A stretch of DNA of 64,000 bases from the human T2T-CHM13v2.0 reference genome, Homo sapiens, in assembly GCF_009914755.1 (NCBI RefSeq), contig NC_060939.1; one strand, given 5' to 3'. The notes under the pieces were generated by a model that was not told the DNA's origin, did not search any database, and saw nothing but the letters and a program-made list of their open reading frames with translations. A program made the position numbers and the translations under genes. Below are positions 53,103 to 64,000 of this stretch, piece after piece (position 1 is the first letter of the stretch; each line of letters begins with the position of its first letter).

Positions 53103-55103
53103 CCCAGCCTAGCAGGGCAGGGTTCAATCTGCAGGACTGGCATGAGGAGGCAGAGGAGTCAGCCAAGCCCTCCCCTCAGCCTCTCTCCAGACACTACAGA
53201 TCCAAGGCCAGGTCTGCATGAGGACAGCCACCTGGTCTCGGCTGAGGTTACAGGAAGGGAGTCGGGGCAAGGGCCAGTGAGTTTGTTCCTAATTTGGGTC
53301 CCCTAATTGTCCAAGAGAAGAAGAAAAGGCCTAATTTCTGTTTCGCTAAGTTTTAGACTACTTTAGTTCATGTTCTTTAACAATAGGTTATTCATGCAGA
53401 GCTCATCTCTATTAATCAAAATGTATGATTAGGCAGAAAGCCCTATTCCCACACCAGAGTGGTGAAATGCAGTGCATGTGTGTTCAGATCAATTTTTGAA
53501 GTCTTGATTTTGTTTTGTTACATGTTTATTTGATTGCTTGCAGAAGAATGAAGTTTTTTGGCCCTCTGGAAAATTTTTCTTTCTCCTGAGAGGTTTTCCA
53601 ATCTAGTAGAAAATAGACGCAGAGTTTGGCTTGCACTGATTGCGGCATTAGAAGCGGCCCTGTACATTTTAATGTGGAAGACGTGATGGTTTTGCGTTTG
53701 CTCCTCCAGTTGTGCCCCATAGCTGTCTTTCTGCCAGCTCTCTTGCACATTTAGTTCTTGAGTGAGATGTTCTAAATAGAAGCCATGGTCCATTCAGTCC
53801 CCAGCCTGCTGTCCTTCTGTGACCCGCCAGCCAGCTTTGCTTAGGGAGCTATGAGCCCCTCCTACTAGGCTACAAAGTCATGGGCAGGAAAAGCATTTGT
53901 GCACAGCCAGGAGCAGAGCACCCAGGCCCAGGTCTGTCCCGGAGCCATGTGGACCTGGCGAATGGCTGTTCAGGTCAGAAGGGGGTTTGGATACACCGGT
54001 TCTGTGTTTCGGAGGCCAGCGTAGTCCCCAGTGTATTTCGCAGAAGTGATAGCAGCTTTATTCCCAAGGCACTAGTGCCTGCGCGTTAGGCACGTGCTGG
54101 GTGCCTGCTTGAGTGTCTCCTTTGTTCCTCTCTATCACTGGCTGTCCCCTGCAGAGGCAAGCGAGGCAGAGAGTTGGCTGGTAACAGCCAGTGTCCGCAG
54201 AGCCCCAGGGCTCCCTGACTGGGCTGTGCCACCTGGGGACAGGCAGATAGACCCCAAGTAAAGTTAAAGGGAAGCACAGTGGGGCCTGCACAGGATGTGA
54301 GTTGGAGGCTCTGGTGAAACTGAGACTTGGTGGGGGATGGGAGGCAGGGGCCCTGCTGGGACAGACAGGAGACCAGGGGCCAGTGGCAGAAATGGTCCTC
54401 GATCTACCCTCATGCAGATGGTGGCCTCTACCGGGAGCCCTGTGTGTCTCTGAGCCTTAGTCTCCCTCCCTCCAGTCTGCGAAATGGGCATAATAGAAAT
54501 GATGCCTCTCACTAATAAATCTGTGCAGAAAGAGAAAGCAGTTTGCAACTGCAAAGCATTATTCAGGTCTTCCTGGCTCTACCTCCAGGATCGTATGCCT
54601 CCGCTCTCTCACGAGACACAGGCCTCCCATGTGCCCGGTGGTGGTCTCGAGGTCATCTGAGCCATCATCCACCCCTCTATACCGGGGACAGTGTGCTGCC
54701 AGGAGGGGCACCAGAAGAGGTGTCATACAGTGGCATGCTGAGCTAGGATTTGAGGCACTTCCTGCCTCTTCTAGTTCCTTGTGGGCCGGGGGTGCTTTGC
54801 TCAGATGGTGCTGGGGAGGAAGGGCAATATCTAAGGATGTATTGAGAGGGTCACATTCAGGTGTGCCATCTTCTGAGGGACAGAACCCTGTCACGACAGT
54901 TTTGCCGTGACTGAATTCCCACATTGCAGAGTGCGCTTGGGGTGTGGCTCTGAACATCGCTGGCAGGTCAGGTGGAGCCTCGCTGCTCTGGGGAGCTGTG
55001 CCCAGGTTCCCTCGGTTCCTGAAGCTCAGAGGTTGCAGGAGAAAGGGCCTCCTGGTGGCTGCTTACTCTGCCCCACTGTGAAGTGCCTGGTCACTAGAGT
55101 TAG

Positions 55104-55472
<369 letters not shown>

Positions 55473-55663
55473 CCCTTCTGGAGTATTTCGTTCATTAGAA
55501 GTAAGTCAGGGACTTAGTGTCTTTAGCTCCAGCCAGTCCTGTGGCCTCTCTGCCACTGTGTGAATGTCCCCAACCCCCCACCTGATAAGCAGGTGTCCTG
55601 AGGTCATCAGGGATTTGGACTTAGTTATTAAAAAGCAACCAGCACCCTTAGGAGCCTCCAGAG

Positions 55664-55955
55664 CAGAGATTGCCAAACTTTCTCAGACCACGGTGCCCTG
55701 GATCTCAGCAATTTCATGGTGTTTCTAGACCAAAACACATAGCTAACAACTCTACTCTTTAAGTAGCTAGGTCCAAACCACATGGTATTTATGTCCCAAC
55801 AACTTGGAAGCCACATGAGAAATAATACTCATAAATTGAAACAAATGTATTTCATCCTAAACCACAATTACAAACGGAAGTGTGTCTGCTGAATGAGATT
55901 GGCACCATTCTCATTTCCTGTTTGATGCTGACTTTTGTGTGGGACTTGCTGTTTA
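55664..55955. mobile_element. hAT-Charlie-type DNA transposon fragment (MER119-like)
   Basis: ccaaactttctcag, aagtagctaggtccaaac, tatttatgtcccaacaactt, cataaattgaaa resemble recalled consensus. Confidence 0.5.
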
Positions 55956-55959
55956 AAAG

Positions 55960-57100
55960 TTTATTTTTATTTTTAATTTTTATACACATATCATAGTTAT
56001 ACATATTATGGGGGTACGTGTGATATTTTTTCTTGAGACAGCGTGACAGAGTTTTGCTCTGTAGCCCAGGCTGGAGTGCAGGGGTGCAATCTTGGCTCAC
56101 TGCACCCTCCACCTCCCTGTTCAAGCGATTTTCATGTCTCTGCCTCTTAAGTAGCTGGGACTACAAGAGGTACGCCACCTCGCCTGGCTAATTTTTGTAT
56201 TTTTAGTAGAGATGGGGTTTCACCACATTGTCCAGGCTGGTCTCAAACTCCTGGCCTCAAGTGATCTGCCTGCCTAGGCCTCCCAAAGTGCTGGAATCAC
56301 AGGCATGAGCCACCGCACCTGGCCTACATGTGGTATTTTAATATAAGCATATACATTATTAATTGTGGCAAAGTACACATAACATAAAATACCATCTTAA
56401 TCATTTTAAGTGTATAGTTCGGTGGAATTAAGTACATCAACATTGTTTTGCAGTCATCACCATCAGCTATCTCCAAAACGTTTTCATCTTCCCAAAACTT
56501 AAATTGTGCGCATGAAACAGTACCTCTCCTTTCCCCCTTCCTCCAGCCCCTCCCAGCCACCACTCTACTTTCCCTCTGTCTGAATTCACCTCTCTAGGTA
56601 CCTCATGTAAGTGGAATCGTGCAGTATTTGTTCTTTTGTGACTGTCTTATTTCACTTCGCATGGTGTCCGTAGGGGTCCTGCACGTTGTGGCATGCGTCA
56701 GAATTGCTTCCTTTTTTAGTGCTGAATAACACTCCATTGCGGGAATATGCCACATTTTGTTGATCTGTTCTTCTGCTGCTGGACACGTGGGTTGGTTCCG
56801 CCATTTGGATTGTGGATAATGCTGCTGTGAACAGGGGTGTACAGATGTCTCCCTGAGTCCCTTCTTTCAGTTCTTTTGGGATATACCCAGAAGTGGAATT
56901 ACTGGACCATATGGTAGCTCTTTTTAAAATTTTTTGAAGTGCCATACTATTTTCCACAGCAGCTGCACCCATTTACATTTCTATTATGCCAACAGTGTAC
57001 AAGGGCTCCAATTTCTCCACATCCTCACCAGCACTTGTGTTTTCATTTTTTTTGTTTTTCTTTTCTTTCTTCTTCCTTTTTTAAATGGTACTATCCCAAC
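55960..57100 (-). mobile_element. L1MB/L1MA 3' end interrupted by an Alu
   Basis: ataccatcttaatcattttaagtgtatagttc, tacctcatgtaagtggaatc, atatacccagaagtggaatt, ccaatttctccacatcctcaccagcacttg. Confidence 0.85.
56026..56324 (-). mobile_element. AluS/J
   Basis: Full dimer; TSD-like tac[g/a]tgtg[a/g]tatttt. Confidence 0.9.
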
Positions 57101-57746
57101 AAGCGTGATAGCAGGAATTTGCTTTTAATTACAGCTACTTCTGGCCTCACGAGACGTCTTTCAGAGGAATGTAGTGTGATCTCACCTTGGAAACGAGAGC
57201 TGCCTCAAGGCAGTGGTGCATGCGGTGCTGACAGGTGCCAAGGGTCACTGCCTTCCCCATGGACATCTGGGCTGTGCTGCAGTGCCCCTGTGGGTGCAGC
57301 AGGGCCCCTAGGGTGCCTCCGTGCAGCTTGGGAGCCATGGAACTAGACAGTGTGCTTCAGACGAGTAGATAAGCACAGAAACAGAGCCGTAAGGACTGGG
57401 GGGAACGTCCAGTCCATAGTTCTGTGTGGAACCACGATCCACGGAGGCAGCTGAGGGGCAAGTGTAGTGTACGTGGCTGTGCGCTCCATCTCCGTGCTTA
57501 CAGCCCTACAAAGTGGGAAGAGAATGGAAGAAACAGGAGAGAAAAAGTCCCGTGTGGTTTCCCGGAATCCTGTGGGTAGTGAGAGTCTCAGCATTGTTAT
57601 TCCTAGCATGTTTTGTGTGTAACGTGAGATGAAGCAAATGATTACTGATGTGATCTTTTAACTCTGAGGACCTTGACCAGGATTTTCAGTGGCGAGGAGA
57701 AAGGAGATACGGAGGAAAGGTGCTGCGGGTTAAGAAAGCCTCGGGA

Positions 57747-57871
57747 GGCTGGGCGTGGTGGCTCACGCCTGTAATCCCAGCACTTTGGGAGGCCGAGGCA
57801 GGTGGATCATGAGGTCAGGAGATCGAGACCATCCTGGCTAACACAGTGAAACCCCGTCTCTACTAAAAATA

Positions 57872-57906
<35 letters not shown>

Positions 57907-58109
57907 GCGGGGCGTGGTGGCAGGCACCTGTAGTCCCAGCTACTCCGAAGGCTGAGACAGGAGAATGGAGAATGGCGTGAACCCGGGTGAACCCGGGAGG
58001 TGGAGCTTGCAGTGAGCCGAGATCACGCCACTGCACTCCAGCCTGGGTGACAGAGCGAGACTCTGTATCAAAAAAAAAGAAAAAAAAAAAAGAAAAGAAA
58101 AAGAAAAAC
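57747..58109 (+). mobile_element. AluY with expanded middle A-tract and internal micro-duplications
   Basis: Y diagnostics; A32 at 57873-57904; TSD aaagcctc[g/t]gga at 57735-57746 and 58110-58121. Confidence 0.95.
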
Positions 58110-58239
58110 AAAGCCTCTGGAATCCGGAACTACAAATCCATAAGTAGCCCTAGAGCGTTCCCTGGAGAGGCCTGGAATCAGTGGCCAAACCAATCACACG
58201 GAGCACCCCCAGTCCCGGGTCATGTCTTGAAATTCAGTT

Positions 58240-59100
58240 TTCTGCTGAAAGAAGCTGAGACTACTTGGACAAATGGTTGATACCGGGTTGGGGGCGGGAA
58301 ATGTACAAGTTGAACCTAAATGCTTTGTCATAGCAGATAATAAAGGAGCCACCCTGGACTGTGAGGATGTGATTCTGCTGAGAGAGAGCATTAAAAGAGG
58401 AAAAAAACTATTAAAGTCAAAGTCCACGAGGATAGTGTTAAAAGGACTCGTGAGCTCACCTGATGAGGCCAGAGATGGACAATTTGAACATCAGTAAGAG
58501 TAAAAATCACAGTAGGTTGAAATGTATGCAGTATGTTTAAGTCCATGAGTTTTTTTAACAATACTCAGGAAATAAACCTAATCCGTCACCTTTGGAGAAT
58601 GCTAGGGAACCAATTATATATTTTTGGTAAATAAGGGAAAGCTCTGAAATATATATCCTGCTTTTCTTATGCAGGCCGCACTACTGGGTGAGCAGGTGGC
58701 AGGTTGGGAGGTTCCATGTATAGAGGATGGAACCTCTGTGTCTGAAGCGTCTCAGCACATCTGAATTCACAAGCTGGGCGCTGGTGGCCCTGGGGCCTGC
58801 TGACATCTCAGGAAGGGAGGAAGAGCCACACTGCCCGGGAGCTGGTCTGCCCCTATTCTAACAGGGATCTCATTCGACTTCCAGATCCAACCACTGATTT
58901 GCAGGAACGGAAAGGACAGAGGACGATGTTTGGCTGTGCTTCAGGCACCTGGCCATCAAAAGCCAAACCATGGGAAATGCTGTGTGACCAACGACTCTTC
59001 AGTTAATAACTTGGGAGGCAAAAAAAAAAAAAAAAAAAAAAAGAGGTGGAAGCACAACCAACGGTTAAAGGGGACATAAAAGGCACACATAGTGTGTGTG
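58240..59100 (+). mobile_element. L1MC/L1MD-type 3' UTR fragments
   Basis: acttggacaaatgg, ggacaatttgaacatc, gtttaagtccatgag, cacctttggagaatgctagggaaccaa; includes A23 at 59020-59042. Confidence 0.6.
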
Positions 59101-59209
59101 TAGGGACATGTGCTACATGGAGCAGGGTGGGGCTATGATTACCCTACAACCAGGATGTGGTCAGGGGCACACAGGGAGGCTGGGTCCCGAGGGCTGGAGT
59201 GGCCGGTAG

Positions 59210-59575
<366 letters not shown>

Positions 59576-61248
59576 TCATAGCCATTTATTAAGCTAAATA
59601 TTTACACTATGTTTTCTAAAAAAGTAAAATTATTTTAACAACATAAAAGTCAAAGGAAGAAGTTCCTGGAAGTGGTCTTGAAGGTGCAAGTGGGCAATTG
59701 TGAACAGTCTGCTGGTGCAGGATGTGGCGCTTCGTCGTGGGAGTGCTGTCTCCCTCCACTGTGGGCCGCGCTCCTTCCTGCAGCACTCGCAGCTCACTGC
59801 TGCCATTTCCCGTGTAATCCTGTCTTCTGTCTTGACTCAGACCCACTCGTATCTTTGTTGTCTGGGGTCTGCGCTTTACTAGGGGACCTTGGAGTTCTGT
59901 TGTTGGCTGTGACTTCATTCCATGTTCTTTCCCATAAGGAACTGTGTTGGGAATAGTTTGATGATTCCATGGTCATGCCTTTTGGCCTTTTCTGTGAGGG
60001 GCGAATGGGGAGCACATGGAACTTATTGCTGCTGTCTTCAGTATTTCTTGGGGGAGGAACTCGGTGTGGTTTTTTCCAGCCTGAGCCCACCCTGAGGTCG
60101 GTTGTTGGACCCACCTGCCTGATGCAGACTGCCAGGGTCTTCCTGCCAGCGCGGGATCCCCCACTTTCCATTTCCTCTTGCAACCATCAGACCCAGGGAC
60201 ACATGTGTGGCTCCTTCTCCAGTAAGCGACCTGGGAGGTATCCTTACCCCAGGACCCGAGTGAGCGTCTGTTGGAGACTCCCAGGTGTGCAGGCCAGAAG
60301 GACATGCCCAGTTGTGTGGCTGCCTCTTCCCTGCAGGGAGAGAGAGAAGGCTGGCGTGGGGCTTCTCCCCGGGCTGGGCCTGCGTTGTCCCCGAGGCCCG
60401 TGGCCGCTGGAGCAGCCCCTGAGCGACTCTGCTCCTTCCTGGGCCTCGGTTTCCTCGTTCTCAGGGGGGGCTTCTGCCAGACTGTCTGGGAGATGTTTTC
60501 AGCCCTCTAATTTGTGCATGCTGTGACTCACCCAAAATTACAGAGCAAAGCTAATGGAATCAGGAATTTATAAATCCCCCTTCCTTCCTCACGCGGTTCC
60601 TTGAGTTTTTGAAAACTACCATTCAGAATGAGACAGTGGCCTTCTACCTGAGGCCACAGGGTTGTCTGTGGCCTAACTGATTTCTGGCCAGTCAGGCTGG
60701 GTGAGCCTCAACAGCGTGAACATACTAAAGGCTTCTTCCTTGCCCTGGGACACCGGTTCTGGCCAGGCTACAGGGCTCACAGCTCAGACCTGCCTCTGCC
60801 TGGGAGTGACACGGTCCCCTCTGCTCACGTGCCATGGATCAGAGCTGCCATGTGGCCCAGCTTAGGGAGACCAAGAAGCATGGGAGACTCCCCGGCTATT
60901 TGACGAGCAGGACCTGTCCATGCCATCTCCCATCTGTGCCCTGCATCTGCGACTTCCAAAGAGCATTGGCCTGCACTGTCCTATGAAATGCTACCACAAG
61001 CCCTTTCTGGCAAGTGCAGTTAATCCTGTTCGGTGGGTTAGGAAACCAAGGCTCTGAGGGAGGCTTTCAGTGCCACAGCTGGGAGGTGAGAGTTGTGAGT
61101 TGCAGATGTCTCAGCCATCCCGAGCGTGACCATTCTGAGTGGCGGGAAGCTTTTCACTCAGCACTGAGTACATGATGCCTACAGTGTTCTGGGCCTCCTC
61201 CATCAGGAATCATGGGCCCTTCTCCCCAGGACGCTCATCGATGGCCCC

Positions 61249-61302
61249 GGCTCCTCCAGCCCTGGCTCCTCCAGCCCTGGCTCCTCCAGCCCTGGCCCCT
61301 CC
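61249..61302. repeat. 15-bp minisatellite x3.6 (ggctcctccagccct)
   Basis: Three perfect units plus a partial one. Confidence 0.95.
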
Positions 61303-63038
61303 TTGGGCTGTGGCTGCACCCTGGGCTCCACCCATTCCAGACCCAAAGGCCCATGGGCCAACCAGACACCGCCCCTACATGGTGTGCCCACAGGCTCTTA
61401 TGGATCCCAGAGGGCCCCCTTTGTCCTGCTTGGGGAGGCTGGGGTGGCCGCTACACAGTGCCCTGCCGTGGCCCCCATGCTCCCCAACTCCCTACTGTGT
61501 CTGCTGGACGTTTGAACAGCCTCCTGCCCTAAACCTTGCATCCTGCCACCTCTGGCCCACTCTCCACCCTGGCCTACTCTTCACCCTGGCCCACTCTCCA
61601 CTCTGCAGCCAAGTGATCTTTTCCAGCAGCACATGTGACTGAGTATTGCTGATGGCTGCGACTGCTTTCAGGATCAAATTGTGTCTCTTCCGAAAGAGAC
61701 ATCAGATAAGAGACATTGGAAAAGAACATGAATTGCGGTCACCCAGAGCTCTTTCGCGGTTTGGGATTAAGCCATGCAGAAAGGTGTGCAGGAGCCTAGA
61801 TCACCTGCCAACCTGCCTCTTGCCATCCTCTATTTTGTACGCTCAGTCACCCCAGAAAATTGCTCCGGCCCTTGGATTTACCTCCGTGTCACTGTCCATC
61901 CGGTACCCTCTGCCTGGGATGCCTCCTGGGTCTCCATCACCCGCCTCACTCGTTTTTCCTCTGCACATGGCATCTACTTCCGCCCTTCCGCAGGACACCT
62001 TCCCAGGCTGGGTCTGGACCACCCTGCGGACTCGCTCCTCGCAATACTGGCCACATGCCCTCAAGCCCATCTGTTTCTTAGAGTCGATGTCCCCTAAGGT
62101 GTGAGTTCCTGGTGAGCAGGAGAACCTGTGCCTTTTATAACCTGGTGTGCTGCTCGGCGTGCCGAAGGAACCAAGGCGATGTTGAGAAATGAATGGAACA
62201 GCTGTACTGTGCAGAGATACGTGCAGAGAGGGGCAGGAGGAAGCCTCCACTTCAGACTTCAGTGTGAAAAAGAGACACTGGAAAAGAACATGAAATGTGG
62301 TTGCCCGATGCTCCTTTGTGGTTTGGGATGAAGCCCTGCAGAAAGGTCCGGGCAGCACTGCAGCCCCGCCATGCTGCTTGCCCCACGTGGGTTCTGGAGT
62401 CTGGTGGCACCTGGAAGAGCAGGTGGAGTGGAAGCTGCTAGAAGGTGGGAACCTGAGGGTCCTGGGCTGGCAGAGGCCTTGCCCCCGCTTTGCCTAGGGA
62501 GGCAGTGAGCTTCCTCCTTCATTTGAACTTTGCCCTGAAGAGCTGGGCCTTCCTTGTTCATGGGGAGCCTGATGCTTCTTCCCAGCACACCACAGCCACA
62601 CAGGAGGTGCAGCAGAGCATGCGGAGATCCACCTGGCAACTCACAGCCAGCCGCGGCGTCACTGTCAGGACTCTGTGAAAAACAAGGTTTCTGTTTGGCG
62701 CGGGGACGACCAGAGGGAAGGAGACTGGTAGAGCCTAAGTATTCAGCCGACCATTAAAAAGTGAAAGTCAGAAGCAATGTAAGTCAAAACTCAGGACATC
62801 TCAGGGTGACCTTGGCCACTCACAGTTGTTCGTGTTTGAAATCACATTGATTCTCGCAGCTGTCCAAGGCGCAGGAAATAACCACTCTGGGTGATGTCGT
62901 TGGGATGGTTTTGTCAGCACTCAGGATTTGGGGGTTTGTTATGAAAATTTCACGTTACAAAAAAGGGAGAAGTGCAGTTTTGTGTGTTTAGGGTTATTGG
63001 TGGCTAGACATCTGAAAATCAGGATCCCCGCTCATTGA

Positions 63039-63311
63039 TTTTTTTTTTTTTTTTGAGATGGAGTCTTGCTCTGTTGCCCAGGCTAGAGTGCAGTGGCCAA
63101 TCTTGGTTCACTGCAACCTCGGCCTCCCAAGTTCAAGCGATTCTCCTGCCTCAGCCTCCTGAGTAACTGGGATTACAGGCGCCTGCCCCCCGCCTGGCTA
63201 ATTTTTGTATTTTTAGTAGAGACAGGGTTTTAACATGTTAGCCAGGCTGGTAACTCCTGACCTCAGGTGATCAGCCTACCTCGGCCTCCCAAAGTGCTGG
63301 GATTACAGGCG
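63039..63311 (-). mobile_element. AluSx-like, slightly 5'-truncated
   Basis: gcaacctc, ttcaagcgattc, ctcaggtgatc. Confidence 0.92.
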
Positions 63312-63669
63312 GTGCCGCTCCTTACATTTTGTTGCTGTTCCCAGGAAGATTGATGGAGGGAAAACACACTCTCCACAGAGGAGATCCTGTGTTTACAGCC
63401 GTCTTAGATAGAGTCGTGATGAGGAGGAGGACTCTGGGCCGACAGTGTATGAGGGTTCCGCCTCATAAGGCTGTTTGGTGTTTGTGCCCACACTGGGTGT
63501 GACGGGTTGAAGCAGTGGATAACAAGCCTATTACTGTTATGCAAATGTGGGCGGCCCAGTTGCATTCTTCATGCATGTGTCTCTCCCTAATGAGTTTCAA
63601 AATCTTAATTTAGATCTTGATTTTGTTGCAGATAGGATTCCAATTTAAAGAGCGTTTGTCATTCAGAGA

Positions 63670-64000
63670 CTGTGGTAGACAGGAAAATGGTCTTCAGAGA
63701 TATCCACACCCTAGCTGTGGCGCCTGTAAATCTGTTACTTTATGTGACAGAAAGGACTTTGCAGATCTGATTAAGTTATGGATCTTGAGATGGAGAGATT
63801 ATTCTGGATTATTCAGGTGGGCCCTTATAATCATGGTGACCCTTATAAGAAGGAAGCTGGAGGAGTTAATTGTCAGAGGAGAAGGTGCTGTGACGATGGA
63901 AGTGGAGATTGAAGTGATGCACTTTGAAGATGGAGGAAGCGGCTGCAAGCCAAGGAATGCAGGTGGCTTCTAGAAGCCAGAAAAGGCAAGGAAACAGATT
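63670..64000 (+). mobile_element. MLT1 (MLT1D-like) MaLR LTR, runs off window end
   Basis: tgtggtagacag..., ggactttgcagat, gatcttgagatgg, ctttgaagatggagga, gccaaggaatgcaggtggcttctagaagc, aaaggcaaggaaacagatt. Confidence 0.88.

Noticed and set aside
60636-60674. Competing short hairpins around aggccacag/ctgtggcct
   Set aside because: 7-9-bp stems are within chance expectation; too short for a pre-miRNA.
61139-62358. ORFs of 152-171 aa including the APPAL repeat
   Set aside because: Explained by the minisatellite plus degenerate L2-like sequence; no coding signature.

Overview
Primate (most likely human) genomic DNA with no credible protein-coding exon. It holds the 5' non-coding end of a large + strand gene: a CpG-island promoter (~2400-4100), a first exon ending at a strong donor (CAG|GTAAGC, 3283/3284), a ~35.9 kb intron 1, a 110-nt ATG-free exon (39155-39264) and the start of a long intron 2. 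This layout matches my recollection of APBA2 (X11-beta/Mint2, 15q13.1); the assignment is from memory and is not verified by alignment. The rest is intronic: about 20 Alu/FLAM elements, old L1M and L1PA fragments, L2/MIR, MaLR LTRs, DNA transposons (Tigger3, MADE2), microsatellites and a ~1.6 kb CA-rich tandem array. Listed ORFs are explained by GC content, repeats or low complexity. I see no evidence of a new multi-gene biological system. The most notable items are: (i) a 31-nt copy of a candidate splice acceptor inserted into an old L1 6965 bp downstream; (ii) an alternative-donor/uORF/poly(A) cassette right after exon 2; (iii) a twin-primed mini-L1 with perfect TSDs; (iv) two subfamily-chimeric Alus; (v) YAG|GT recursive-splice-like motifs spaced ~10-14 kb apart; (vi) a diverged ~170-bp dispersed duplication. 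Repeat subfamily calls are from remembered consensus sequences and boundaries are approximate.
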